Part shown: positions 1-12,819 of the stretch, piece after piece
Numbering within the stretch: position 1 is the first letter of the stretch
How the letters are laid out: each line of letters begins with the position of its first letter
Assembly: GCF_001194135.2 (NCBI RefSeq)
Contig: NC_068998.1
Coordinates: forward strand, 53,328,927-53,392,926
Origin: Octopus bimaculoides
Taxonomy: Eukaryota
DNA: 64,000 nucleotides
Direction of reading: 5' to 3'
Translations under genes and position numbers: made by a program
The notes under the pieces: generated by a model
Told to the model about the DNA's origin: nothing
The model's input: only the letters and a program-made list of their open reading frames with translations
Databases searched by the model: none

Positions 1-1512
1 ATATATATATATATATATATATAAAGATAGCTGTGTCTATATAAGCAACTATATATATATGTATGTATATATGTATATATGTACGTATATAACTGTATCT
101 GTACATGCTCATATAAAAAGCAATAATTTCAGTGAAGTTTGAATTTGTCAGTTTTATCACTTGTGCAGAACAAACACTTTTTTTGAAATTAAATAACGTA
201 TTCATGTAATCCATTTAAAACCTGGATATCAGAACGGTAAGGATATTTCCATTTGTATCCCCGATTTTATCCTTCGTTCAACTTGCCGACTGGCTGGCAC
301 TTTCTTCTTCCGCCTTGTTTCACTGTATTACTTTCTGAAAGTACGCGTCTTTTAATTCCTATCTTTTGCAGTTTCGTATTGTTGCATTTATATTCTGTGT
401 GTGTTTCTGTATATAGTTTGCCGTATGATAAATATTTTATTTCCATAAGTATGTTATTAGTAGTATATGATTGTTATTTCCAATTTTGTTCGTTGACTCT
501 TTTCTTTTCTAATATTTTTTGTACCTACTTGGTTTGATAAAACTTTTCATTATAAGGGTATCTCCATTTTCGTACGCATTTACATATATTCATACATGAA
601 CATATGCACACACACAAACTCACACACATAATTTTCTATAAACACATTTAAAGTGTATGTATATAAATATATATATATATATAAATTCAATAATAGGACG
701 AATTCTTTTACAAGAATTTATCAAGTAGCTAGCGTGAAAAAACCTCATATATATATAAGANNNNNNNNNNNNNNNNNNNNNNNNNNNNNNNNNNNNNNNN
801 NNNNNNNNNNNNNNNNNNNNNNNNNNNNNNNNNNNNNNNNNNNNNNNNNNNNNNNNNNNNNNNNNNNNNNNNNNNNNNNNNNNNNNNNNNNNNNNNNNNN
901 NNNNTATATATATGTGTACAGAGAGAGAGAGAGAGAGAGAGAGAAGAAGAAGACAGTAACATAATTACAGAGACATATATCTGTTAGTGTATGTATGGAA
1001 AGGCAGTTTATATCTTTCAAACGTAAAACAGTAATTGAGTACAAAGTTGAACGTCTTGTAGGTGCCCACTCTTTCATTATTCTATATGCCATACAAGGCG
1101 ATGCTCTTTCTGCGTGAAGACTTGTGTTTTGAAGAGATAATTTTATTTCATCTGCTGTATTTGTGTTGATATTATTCATTGCTAAACATCTGTTGTCAAA
1201 TTATTGCACACTCCTTACTAGTCTAAGAGAAAAGTTGTGGAAAACGTGCAAATCGATTCCGTAAACACCCGTGCACAAATGCTGCTATTTTCTTTTTATC
1301 AGCCCCTTTAAAAATGAAAAGCAAAAATTGAAGTCAGTGGAAACTGAACTCAGATCGTAAAGTCAAGAATTATTGCATTCATACTATCAATTAATCTTAT
1401 TTTTTTAAATGTATGCGCCTCTTCTGTATGCGGGTATTTATATTACTGAACACTCTCTTTCAAGAAGTTTTCCCCCAGCTTATGCTGGATAGAAATAAGC
1501 CTTTCTACTATT

Positions 1513-1587
1513 GGCACAAAGACTGAAATTTTGGAGGAGGGTTTCTAGTCGATTACATTGACCCCAGTGTTTCACTGGTACTTAATT
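1513..1587 (-). mobile_element. SINE family A, 3' fragment
   Basis: GGCACAAAGACTGAAATTTTGG...GTCGATTACATTGACCCCAGT...ACTGGTACTTAATT aligns by eye with the better-preserved minus-strand copy at 44524-44726. A further degraded piece lies at about 1300-1375. Confidence 0.65.
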
Positions 1588-4563
1588 CCTTAATTTCCTT
1601 CAGTATCATTATTTACACTGCCACATTACACTTTGTTGCTTAGTTTGAGAATTACTGATGTGCTTCACTGCTAATACAGAAAAAAAGACATTTGTACAGG
1701 AAGTGCAGACAGAATGTTTCATGACTAGTTTTGAAATATCATACGTAATCCCGCTACGGTCATCATGTGGATCCTTGTGTAACTGTTACGATTGTCAGAG
1801 AAGCTCTAGTCTCAGGTCAGCTCTTCTAGAAATAAAACGTATGAAGAAATGTATCCCCAGCCTGGAATATTTTACGAAGAGTATATCTGTGACGTTTTAA
1901 TGCAAAATATCCTTCCCTTTTTATAAACGATTAAAATATTTGTCATCTCAGAAGTTGAAAAGAGCACCATGAGACTTCCCCAGTGGCTCGGTTAATTAGT
2001 TAATGAATGATATACATATATATTTGTACGAATAGGTCGGGCTGTACATAATTAGGGCAATCAGTATACTACTAGCTAAATTTATTTTCCAATGTACGAG
2101 TCATTAGATTTGTTTAACTTTAATGAAACCTTGTTAAGCAGACTCACGATGTATTCCAATCATTATGCCACATTAGATATATGTCCACCGTATTTTGTAG
2201 GAATCTATGAATCTGCATTTGTTAAGTTGCCTCTCTATGACTGAGGAATCTTCATCTTAAAAGTCTGCATCTTTCTTCCAAATGTATCTTTACCAAAATT
2301 ATACAGTCGTCTGGAGCGAGATGTTTATGTGAAATTTATGAGGAAATGACAGGTAAGAATTGAGTTAATATGATGCTTAAAACTTTAGGAACGGCATTAA
2401 TGCTACATGTGAAGTAGCATGAAATTCTGGCAACATTTGAACTACTTCGATATAGATTTGATTCACCAGAAATACATTTCTGGCACTGTACCTTCTCTCC
2501 AAACTGCAAAAAATCAATTTATGAACATTGTCTAAAGAGATTTTGCCCGACACATATCAGATTAATTACTTCAAAGATATTCAGACATGTATATATATAT
2601 TCAGAAAGAAAGAGAGAGAGATAAATGTGATTGGTGTATTGTGAGAAAAAGAAAGATTTATTGTTGCGGTGCAGCTACCGACGTCTACCCGCGTGATTCT
2701 AAGTCATTAAGAGCAAACCATAAGTCATAAGTCATAGATTAAGCCAATGCTTTTTTTCTTCTTCTGTCTTTTTGCTGTTGTTCGTTTTTTCTTTTTTTTT
2801 TATAGCAGTAAGCAAAGGAAATTTACATTTGAGTCTATGTATAACATATTATCTATTTATTGAGATTAGTTATCACCATTTCTGGTCAATGATCAATAGG
2901 ATTAATGACTCATTAATGGATACTAGACTACTAATTATGAAAAGACAATCAATTCATACTTTTCCTCACACAATGTTTTTTTAGATGTCTGTATTTATAA
3001 TTCATTAATTTTATTTTATTAAGTAACCTTTCTTCTTCGTAGCATAACATTTATACCATTACTTGAACTATTTATATAAATTTGTTCAAGTTTAATTTGC
3101 CACAGATTAATTTTAACAATCAGCCAAAAAAATAATGAACAAATAAATAAGATGACGCAGTGTAAATTTGGCATAGTTTTAATGATTGTTTCAGATGCTT
3201 ACAGGAATAAATTCTTCTCCACAAAGACAGTCAAGTCAAAATAACAGCAATCATCATTCCTCAAAGAAAACGTTATAACTAGATTAGCATTTTGTTGTTC
3301 AGCAATATAAAACAATTTTTACTGTAATTTCAAACTCTGATTAAATTTATTTGTTTTTACAATCTCGGAATCGTTGCTTTGTATATATATCACGTATTCT
3401 ATTTATTTATTAGATGGAATATAACAGTGGTCTTCATATTTATCCCCAGAGGTGCCCTGTTTGGACGGAGCTGAGGTCGACAGTATTTCAGTTTCTAACA
3501 CCTCATTGTTGTAAGGGCGTGCCGGATCATAGAGTCAAGTAGAACCATTATTTATTTGGAAACGGAATAGCGCTAGTTGAGTGAAAATTGACCGCTCTTT
3601 TCATCGGGTCGCGTGAGCACGTATATGCATCTAAATATAAGGTAATTTTACCTGTTAACTAATAAGATTAACTTATAAGATAGCCGTAATGCATACGAAC
3701 GATTCTCATCGCATTGGCAGAAATGTATATTTGATAAATATTCACGCATATTTCCAATAGATAACTAATTCAATTAATGATTGCAATTATAAATAAATTA
3801 TTGCAATCATGCAAAGTAATATTTATTCCTTCAATACAACAGCGGCGGAAACGCAGTAATCACTGGAATAATTGATTGAATTCTTTATCCTAAATATCTC
3901 ACCACTTAGTTTTCATCTTACTGCCTTGAGTTAGATTGTACCATAATGGAATTGAATGAATTTAAGAAGAAATTTGCCAGGAACTTCAAGGTATCCAATC
4001 AAAATTATGATCAAAATGCAATTATTGGCCCAAACATTCATTTTAAAAACCATTCCATGGAAGGACTATGCATTACGTATATTAGGATATACTTTTTAAA
4101 ACACTATCGTAAGATTTGTCAAACAAGAATTCAGCGTATTATTGATGCAGGGCTGGAGATGGAATTAGCATTTTATCTAACCACCCATGAATCATTCAGC
4201 TATAAAACGTTTTTTATGTGGAAAAGCTAATGTGGTTGAATCAGATACAAAATAATATTAGCTGCAAAAGCCAACACATACATTCGAGGGATTCTATTAA
4301 AGAGATATGGTCAAAAGCAGACGACTCCTATATTTTTCTATAAACAACTAGATAGTGTAAGTATGCTACGTTATCGTAGGTTTCATCTAAGAATTTAACA
4401 GCCTACTCAATGTTTAAATTAGTCACCCAGAAATGATGGTAGATTGATTATGCACATATATTTTAATTGCTATTTTATATATTGTTTTATGACTAAATAT
4501 ACTTCTTAACGTGCTATCTGATATAATCTTTGTCTTCGTGGCTAAATATACTTCTTATGTCAG

Positions 4564-4654
4564 GTCACGCAGAATTACTAAAGAAAACATATGATTGGCA
4601 ACAAACCATTCGGGTTGTCGACGACGAGACAGGCTCCCCTGCAAAGATTGTTTG
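4564..4654 (+). CDS. Candidate internal exon of an unidentified host gene (GHAELLKKTYDWQQTIRVVDDETGSPAKIVW)
   Basis: Acceptor ..TACTTCTTATGTCAG ends at 4563 and donor GTGAGC starts at 4655. The 91 nt are GC-elevated and only one of three frames is open (phase 1 to 2). I do not recognise the peptide. Confidence 0.3.
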
Positions 4655-7600
4655 GTGAGCAGCCTAGCAGGAACTGATTCTGCCAGCTCACCATCTTTGT
4701 GTTGGCAGTAATATTGCTTGTCGGGCGGAGGTAAGACTAACGTGATTTGGGATTCTAAAAAGGAAGAGTAGAGGCAACACCAGCTGATATGATCTGACAC
4801 GAACTGACTTCTGCCTCCCCACAGATTACTCATCGATTTTACTGCGCTGCTAATATTTGCAGCGGTTAAAGATACAACTTTCTAGTATCTTCTTACAGTT
4901 AAGCTAGATGTGTGTAGTGGGCCATTGAGTGTTAACTATATTGTTTATAGCCACATTGCAGACATGGTGTCTGCTCGCCTGCTATAGTTCAAATTTACTA
5001 AAAATATCCGATATGGTTGGCTGATATATCTTTATGGAATCATCAGTTTCATGACGTTCGAAACGGAAGTTGTTATGAAAAATAAATACACATACCTTAA
5101 AATTATTGGAATTGTGCAACATAATAAAATTATGAAATAATAAAGATGACGTTTAAAAATATTATTGACGTAAATATTCAGAACAAAGAACAGCGACTAA
5201 AAAACTGATTTATTGAACAAAGCAAACACATTTGACAAAATAGTCTGTTTCTAAAGTTATTACAAAGTAAATTTATGAGTCGATAATTAGCTAACAGATG
5301 AGAATATTCAGACTATTTATAAATGTTTTAGAAAATCAAATAGTTTGAACTTTATATTTTGAAATCAATCGTTTAATATCCACTCGTTCTTTGTGCAGCC
5401 AGCGGAAATAAAACTTAGAAGCGAGATTTAACGTCTGATTATATATTTAAAATACTATTAATTACTTCATTCGTAATTTGAACAGTCTTGTATTGACCAG
5501 AAATTACCATTGTTCATAAACAAAACATCTCTTTAGGCTTCATTCACAAAAGATAGACACTACAACCATGTATCAATTCTCAGTTGAACTCGATTCACTT
5601 CTCAAAGCAAATGCAGTAAACATCCCATTTCCACATAGCTGTGAAAGAGACACCATTAATTATATATTTCTTGCACCGTTTGCTATCGAACGAAAATGTA
5701 TTTTCAGAGCTGATCATATTCAGCCGAAACATTCCGAAGCACGTCCACACATGGGGCCAAGTGTCAAAATTTGAAACGAATTTGCTTAAAACACATAACA
5801 TAAAACAACTAACTAGAGTTATTTGGTGAGCAATAGATAGTATTTGTTAATGACTAATGTAATTTGCATTAGTTCGACGGGAATGGGACATAATTGTGTC
5901 TTATTTTCACCTCATCAGCAAATGATAAATATCGCGTATGAACCCAAATAATCACATTCTAGATTGATTTATTTCTAGATTAATTTATCAGATTTTACAT
6001 TCTTTATGATGGAGAAATTATACGTTAGCATATGACAGATGCCTTCCACATGAGAAGTAATATCGAAATTAATATTGGCATAATCAATGCTGACTGCTAA
6101 TAATTATTAGCCACGGAAAATTTGCCTTTACGATTATTTGCACGGAATTTGATATATAAGTATCTGTTTGAATGTAATGCTACTTCGGTTGCATATAAGA
6201 GGATTTTATTCAGTAGGGTGGCTTTTCGTACAACCACTGCTTTCCTATCATTCGATGAAGGCAATTATCATCGAAGCTTGCTGAGGGCTTTGAGTTCATA
6301 TCATCGACAACGTCCAACCAACAAGAAAAACATGTGCATTTATGCAGGGAGCCTTTGTGTGTACCTTAAATACGTTGAGTCTTTAATCATAACACGTCCA
6401 TAAATGATGTTATCTCTAGAATATCTGAACACTGCAGTATAATTGTCATTCACGTTGTATATATAGCAAGTAAGATACATATATTATTACATTAATCTAT
6501 TAGTGCCCTGTTCCTAGAAAAGAGTATATATGAATATGTATGAGTGTTGGTGTGTGCCTGTGTGTGTAAATATGTATATAGAAGTATATAGGTATGCTTA
6601 TATGTGTATGTGTGTATACATATGTATGTGTGTGTATGTATCTCTATATGTGTATGTCTATATAAATGTGTTTTTTTCTGCTGTGAGGTTAAATGGAATG
6701 CTTCTCAATACTTTTTCTCGAGTTCATAATCATTATTCATTTACAAGGATTCTGTGAGTGACATCGAAGTTTTCTCCTAGTCTTCATCGGACACTTCGGC
6801 TAGTGTACCGAAGTTCAGAAATTATGTTCAACACTGTTCTTGTAAACAATAATATATAGATATGCTTATATATATATATATATTGGGAGAGTGAGAGAGA
6901 GTGAGAGAGAGATAACAGCAGATGGGTTGAAATGTTACTTATATTTCACCACACTTGGAAGCTTCCCTACGTTGAGTCTATAGCGCACCGTGGAACACGT
7001 GCCGGAGTATATTCGCGTGCCACAAAGGAGACAAAAGTTTTTAGTTTTTTCATTTTGTTTTTGGGTGGGGCGCAATTTGAAATTCTACACAAAATAAATG
7101 GTGGAAATTGATAGTGATAAACAACATTATATATCATGCTAACATTAATGCGTAGCTACAATTGCAGCTACTTCGAATTATTATCTTCTTTGTTTTAGTG
7201 CAAATTTCTTTGTTTTTCTCTGTATAAATATTATGTTGCGTTCGCATCACATTTGGCGACTGCAACAACAATGATAATGACAGAATTGAAATACGAAAAC
7301 ATATATCCTATTTTTATCTTGTTTGATATCATTCTTCTTACTCGGTCAAGCGCTTACACTTACACTCGATTACCTTGCATTCTCTGTCTTTATCTGCGTT
7401 CTTTTCTTTGACCAAACTATTTATGTGACAGTTAAATGAAGCTGACAATTAAATTGTGAGGTGCTATCCTCTGCAAAGTAACAGACAGAGAGGAGAGAGA
7501 GAGAGAGGGGGGGAAGAACACTAGATGAACAGAGAATCACAAGCAAACTTGCGCATGTCTATATATACACACGTACATATATACATACACACCTACAGGA

Positions 7601-7697
7601 ATCGTTAGTAAATGAATCGACCTCAGTGATTATGTTTTTAAGCCTTGTGCATATTTTATCGGACAGAAAGACATACAATTACATATATGTATATATT

Positions 7698-7749
<52 letters not shown>

Positions 7750-10169
7750 NNNNNNNNNNNNNNNNNNNNNNNNNNNNNNNNNNNNNNNNNNNNNNNNNNN
7801 NNNNNNNNNNNNNNNNNNNNNNNNNNNNNNNNNNNNNNNNNNNNNNNNNNNNNNNNNNNNNNNNNNNNNNNNNNNNNNNNNNNNNNNNNNNNNNNNNNNN
7901 NNNNNNNNNNNNNNNNNNNNNNNNNNNNNNNNNNNNNNNNNNNNNNNNNNNNNNNNNNNNNNNNNNNNNNNNNNNNNNNNNNNNNNNNNNNNNNNNNNNN
8001 NNNNNNNNNNNNNNNNNNNNNNNNNNNNNNNNNNNNNNNNNNNNNNNNNNNNNNATATAAAGGAGACCACAAGGTGGACTACGTTTTTGTTTTAATACGT
8101 AGTGTAATACTCTGTAGAATATAGTAGACAGCTGTTAAAGTGATGTGAGTCATTTATTGAAAGAGCATTTTGTGATTTGATTAATATTAAGGAGGAGGCG
8201 GCGGAGATTATAATGTCTTCCGCTCTAGCTTCTTTTTTTCTTTTTCTTTCTTCTTATTGAACGAAAATATATATAATCTCTGCTTGCGCCTTAGCTAACA
8301 TAATTCTTGTCGGCAACTGAAAGGTGTTTGAACATATAATTTTGGGGGGCAGCGTTCAACGACATGTGCTTACAAAAGCAACTTCTAGAATATGAAGGGA
8401 CTGATAAGACAAACACATGAGAGGTGATTAACTGGAATGAACACGATGAAGCATCATGAAAGAAGAGAAAATATGAATGAATGAGATTGCAAAGAGTATT
8501 TATAACAGATGAGAGAACTAGTTTAAGGCAGAAGACGCAATACGAACGAAAGAGAACGGAAAGAAACTGGAATCACGTCGATGAACCTTACAACAATAGA
8601 GAAATGGAATCTGTATGTAATTGTTTCGGAGCCTTTAAACATATAAAGGAATCTCTGAATTGATGCCAGAACGTAAAAAATATATTCTTTACGTACTATA
8701 AAACTATCCAGAAAAACTAAGATTTTCCCAGAAAAATATGGCAGAATCAACATGTCGTTAAAAGAATAAAAGGAGCAACGACTATTTTCCATTTGTTTCC
8801 CTAAGAATGGAGATATGTACATGAGAGGGAGAAAGACTTTAGTGCATCAATTAGAAGAACAAACTTGCTATACAAATTTTACACATTACCTTGAACATCA
8901 AACACAATACTTTGGATATTGATACATAACAGAGCTTAATAAATCGTCAAAACACCGGATGAAGACTCTTTATAATGTTCAATGTTTAGTAAATATAATG
9001 AATATCATTTATCGGTTTAATCCTAGAGTTGATGTGTATATCAACGTGTTCATTGGTGTTGGAAGCAAAAGCAAAAGCAATCCTGGACAATGTTCTTCGT
9101 GGTTAAAGAAATTTTATTTCACAAGAAAGAAGGACATTAGGTGGTAGAATATTTCAATAGAGAATGAAATTGCCTCTATTTATTGCTAAAAGCTTAGTTC
9201 TTTCAGAGAATACGGATATTGTAATTAATCGATAATAAATGGTACCCGTCAGAATTTCCATTTGCATCTCATTGCTTATTCTCTTCATTTTGCTCACGGT
9301 GAGATTGGGTGACACGAAATTCAACACAGTGAAACAGAAATATGCGTAGCGGGAAATATGAAACACTTGATATTTTCGACTGTCGATCGGGCGTAAATTG
9401 ATTGTTATCTATTGAGTAGCAAAAACTGTTTAGGCCGTATTTAGAGGTCACCTATATAAAAGTTGAAAGATGCACTTTGTATGTGGTGAATGACAGGGTT
9501 TGTTAGGTAGGGGGAACAATCAATACTGAAGAATGAAATGTTTTCAACTAGGAATTTGTTATATATTTTAAGGAAGACCACGGATACAGGCGTTATCATT
9601 TTCAGGATTCTATAGAATATTAGCTGAATATATTAAACATCACCTTTGACACATGCAAAGAGGATCTAAGAAATCGAGAAATCATCAATAATTTGCAGAC
9701 GGATAGAACAGTAGAAAATCGCCGACATTTAAATGCAAATTAATGAATAAAGGAATATTTTAAGGTACGTATAAACGATATCAATGGGAGAAACGGAGAA
9801 TGAATGCCAGTAGCTTATGTGTACATTATGGAGTTTGAGAAAAGCAGCCTGAGGCCTTTCGCATTGCTACATAAAGATTTGCTTCAGTAAGAAGACAAAA
9901 ATAGAAACAGGTGATATCGATAAGTTACTATCTTCAGACATTCTCGACGCAAACGTTCTCTTGCAGAATTTGATAAACAAGTTTTGCAATACATATATCA
10001 TGTGGTATTAATATTATGGAAGCTGGAACAAGCATATAACTTTGCAACATGTATTCGTAAAATAATTTGAATTGCTTTTTGTCCTCTTTTTCTTTTCTTT
10101 TCTTTTTTGACATTCCTGAGTCTTAAGGATAAGAAAATGTTGAAGAGAAAACAACAGAATTAGAGTATC

Positions 10170-10432
10170 TTTTATCTTTATTTGTTTTATCTGTTATTGC
10201 TTCAGTGATTACATTGCCGCTATAGAGGTGCACCGCCTTGTAGTATTGTAGTCGAACGGATCCAACTCAGTACTTCTTCTATCGTACTCTTTTACCGTAC
10301 CGATAGGTTACGGGACGGAACTTCACCAACACCGGTTGTCACGATACGGTAGGCAAACACAGACACAAAGACACACACACATAAACATACACATACTCAC
10401 AGACACACACTCACATACATACATACATACAT
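10170..10432 (-). mobile_element. SINE family B, 3' half with (CA)-rich tract, inserted in the Helitron
   Basis: GGTGCACCGCC...CAGTACTTCTTCTATCGTACTCTTTTACCGTACCG...CCGGTTGTCACGAT...AAACACAGACACA is a degenerate match to 28748-28975. Confidence 0.7.
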
Positions 10433-10683
10433 ACAGCTTCTTTCAGTTTCCAGCTACCAAAGCCACACTTCGGTCGGATAGAGGTTATAGTAGACGAGAG
10501 CTGCTCAAAGCGCCATGGAGCAGGACTGAACTTGGAAGCAAAAATCTTGCCAATAAACATCCTCGTCAGCACCTCTAGAGTGACAATTCTGATTTCGCGA
10601 TGTGTTCAAAATACATCTACCGTTAGAGAAAGAAATCCTAATATGTTTTCGAATTGTAGTCCAAGAACAATAATTTCGGTGCA

Positions 10684-10845
10684 AGGAGTAAGACGATTAC
10701 ATCGACACCAGTGGTACTTGTTCCATCGACCCTCAGTCAATGAAAGGTGAAGTCCACCTCGGCAGAACTGAAAATCAGAACGGAAAAACGGATAAAGCTC
10801 CTATAAACATTTTGCCAATCGTGCTAACGGTTCTACTAACTCGCC
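10684..10845 (-). mobile_element. SINE family A inserted in the Helitron
   Basis: CGATTACATCGACACCAGT..GTACTT..ATCGACCC..ATGAAAGGTGAAGTCCACCTCGGCAGAACTGAA...CATTTTGCCAATCGTGCTAACGGTTCTACTAACTCGCC is the reverse complement of the family A head and body. Confidence 0.75.
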
Positions 10846-11471
10846 AGCTTTAAACAAATGGACTTATAATCTTATTCTACGGTTCTGTTTAGTGAGACCC
10901 AAAGTTTCGAAACAACTAAATATAAAAAATGGACAACTGTGGTGAACTGTTCGGGAGGAATTATGCTAATTTTGTTTTTAATGCCTGTAGTAAGGTAAGA
11001 TTATTGGAAAACGATAATGTGTTCGAATACATTTTAGAGGAAACGTCGGCATTTAGAATGCTATTACATCTTAGAGAGATTCTTGCAGCTATCTCTGCTG
11101 TTTGCAATCCTCAGAGTACAATTTAGAATTCGATGGCTAAAAATTGATTGGTGTTGATTTTAAAAAGATGGAAAAAGAAGCAGGAAAATTTCACCCTTCC
11201 TGCAATACGAGTTTTAATCGGAAGTGGAAGAGAATGGAATAAAGAACGATCTCCAGAATCTTACTCAGAATTCAGGTGCAACAATAAACATGAATTTCAC
11301 GTTTGCCTATTTTAATGAAGCAATCTTGACAACAACCATGTGTGCGTGTGTGTGTGTGTGTGTTTGTTTCTGTCAGCGTATGTGCGCGCCGCATGCGTGT
11401 GTGTCTGTGTCTGTGTGTGCGTATTTATGCACGTGCCTTTTTCTTTTCTCTACAGCTCGACATAAGTTGTT

Positions 11472-11644
11472 TATGATTATCGGTACTTTCTGTGTTTAGG
11501 TTCGGATTTTAAATTCTGCCGAGGTTGACTTAGCCTTTCATAAATTGAGGGCCGATGGAATAAGTACCAGTTGAGCACTAGAGTCGATGTAATCGTCTTA
11601 CTCGTTCCACCGACATTGCTCTCCTTGAGCTAAAATTTGAAAAC
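11472..11644 (+). mobile_element. SINE family A (5'-degraded)
   Basis: AAATTCTGCCGAGGTTGACTTAGCCTTTCAT...ATAAGTACCAGTTGAGCACTAGAGTCGATGTAATCG matches the family A body. Confidence 0.75.
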
Positions 11645-11921
11645 AATATTAGGATTTCTTTCTCAAACGGTTGTGTTTTATTGAACACATCGTGAAATTT
11701 GGATTTTCCCTTTAGAGATGCTGACGAGAATGTTTATTTATATTGTTAGCTTGAGATATGCACCCTAGGCACGTTAAACGTTGACTGCTTGAAGAATGTA
11801 TCACAGATCGATGGTCGATAGAGTGTATTTACTTACATTTCCATAATATCGCGGCTTCTCAAAAAGAAGCACTGATAGCATAAGCAGCAGATTTAAAATA
11901 TGTATTTAATGAACCGTATAA

Positions 11922-11975
11922 TGCGGTGCTCCTGGGTGGCCGCCGTGCAATGACTGAAAAAGTAAAAAATTCAAA
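11922..11975 (+). mobile_element. SINE family B 3' tail fragment
   Basis: GCGGTGCTCCTGGGTGGCCGCCGTGCAATGACTGAAAAAGTAAAA resembles the reverse complement of 28748-28803. Confidence 0.55.
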
Positions 11976-12565
11976 TAGAGTATCTGAAGAAGAGTGTCGA
12001 CCACTTGTATAATATTCCTCTAAACATTTTCACTGCTAAGGAAGAGATTTAAGAAATAATTAGAGGAAATGGCCGCACGGAATTTATGATGAATGAAAGG
12101 CTTGCTTATGATCGGGCACATAATGAACGTTGTACAATACTTCACTCATTATATTCTATCTGAAACGTTACCGTGTTTAAAGTTAGGATCAGTAGAACAG
12201 TTATTACACATTGTGTGAATTTATCACAGGTATTGGAATGGAACTAATGGAATTGTTTGCTTACATCGTAATTTCATTTAAGATTTGTTAATAATTAGGG
12301 ATTTGGTGGGCAGACGAGCGTCAATAATGTAAGTTAAAGTGACAACGTGAGGTTTAAATTTCCCCTTAATATTACACGCAATAGAGTTACCGGTTATATT
12401 AGCGCATTTCATGTACATTAATAAAACACGGAATCAACCATTAAACAAGATAAGAATTAACTTTTCACAATCGGTCTTCGGTCATTTACGGTTAGATGTT
12501 GATTAGTTTCTATAGGACTGGAAAATACGTGATCTTGCTGTTAGAGTATATACTACGGTAGTAAG

Positions 12566-12725
12566 AAGGCAGAATCGTTAGCACGTTGGATAAAGGGCTC
12601 AGCGGCATGTCGTCCTTCTTTATGTTCTGGGCTCAAATTCCGCCGTTGTTAACTTCGCACTTTCAGCACATTCGGGGCCAATAAGATAAATACTATGTAA
12701 TCACTGGAGTCGTTGCAACAGATGT
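12566..12725 (+). mobile_element. SINE family A
   Basis: Head GGCAGAATCGTTAGCACG, B-box-like GGCTCAAATTCC, then the family A body. Confidence 0.7.
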
Positions 12726-12773
12726 ACATAACACATCCCCCGAAATTGCTGGATTTGTTACAGAATTTGAAAT

Positions 12774-12817
<44 letters not shown>

Positions 12818-12819
<2 letters not shown>

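Larger units (their letters stand above)
8455..11250 (+). mobile_element. Degraded Helitron (Rep-region remnant) with nested SINEs
   Basis: Collinear conceptual translations match Helitron RepHel motifs: MESVCNCFGAFK (about 8604), HLIAYSLHFAHGEIG*H (9265-9315; cf. YPLLFPHGE.GWH), KLFRPYLEVTYIKVER (9423-9470; cf. GRLFQQY.VD.Y.KIE), VAYVYIMEFEKSSL (9810-9851; cf. VIEFQKRGLPH), DIDKLLSSDILD (9913-9948; cf. IDKIISAEIPD) and ORF 10929-11126 FNACSKVRLLENDNVFEYILEETSAFRMLLHLREILAAISAVCNP (cf. ACL.RGLLEDD.EW...L.EA...QLR.LFA.IL.FC.P). There are many stops and frameshifts. Termini and helicase domain were not found, so boundaries are approximate. Confidence 0.8.

Noticed and set aside
3462-3470. TGGACGGAG, identical to the first 9 nt of miR-184
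   Set aside because: The rest of the mature sequence does not match and I see no precursor hairpin.
3946-4230. 94-aa ORF (MELNEFKKKF...)
   Set aside because: No recognisable domain or splice context; AT-rich composition like its flanks. At most a decayed transposon piece.
4675-4698. CTGATTCTGCCAGCTCACC, matching the reverse-complemented family A SINE head
   Set aside because: Under 20 nt with no adjoining SINE body, so it is too short to call.
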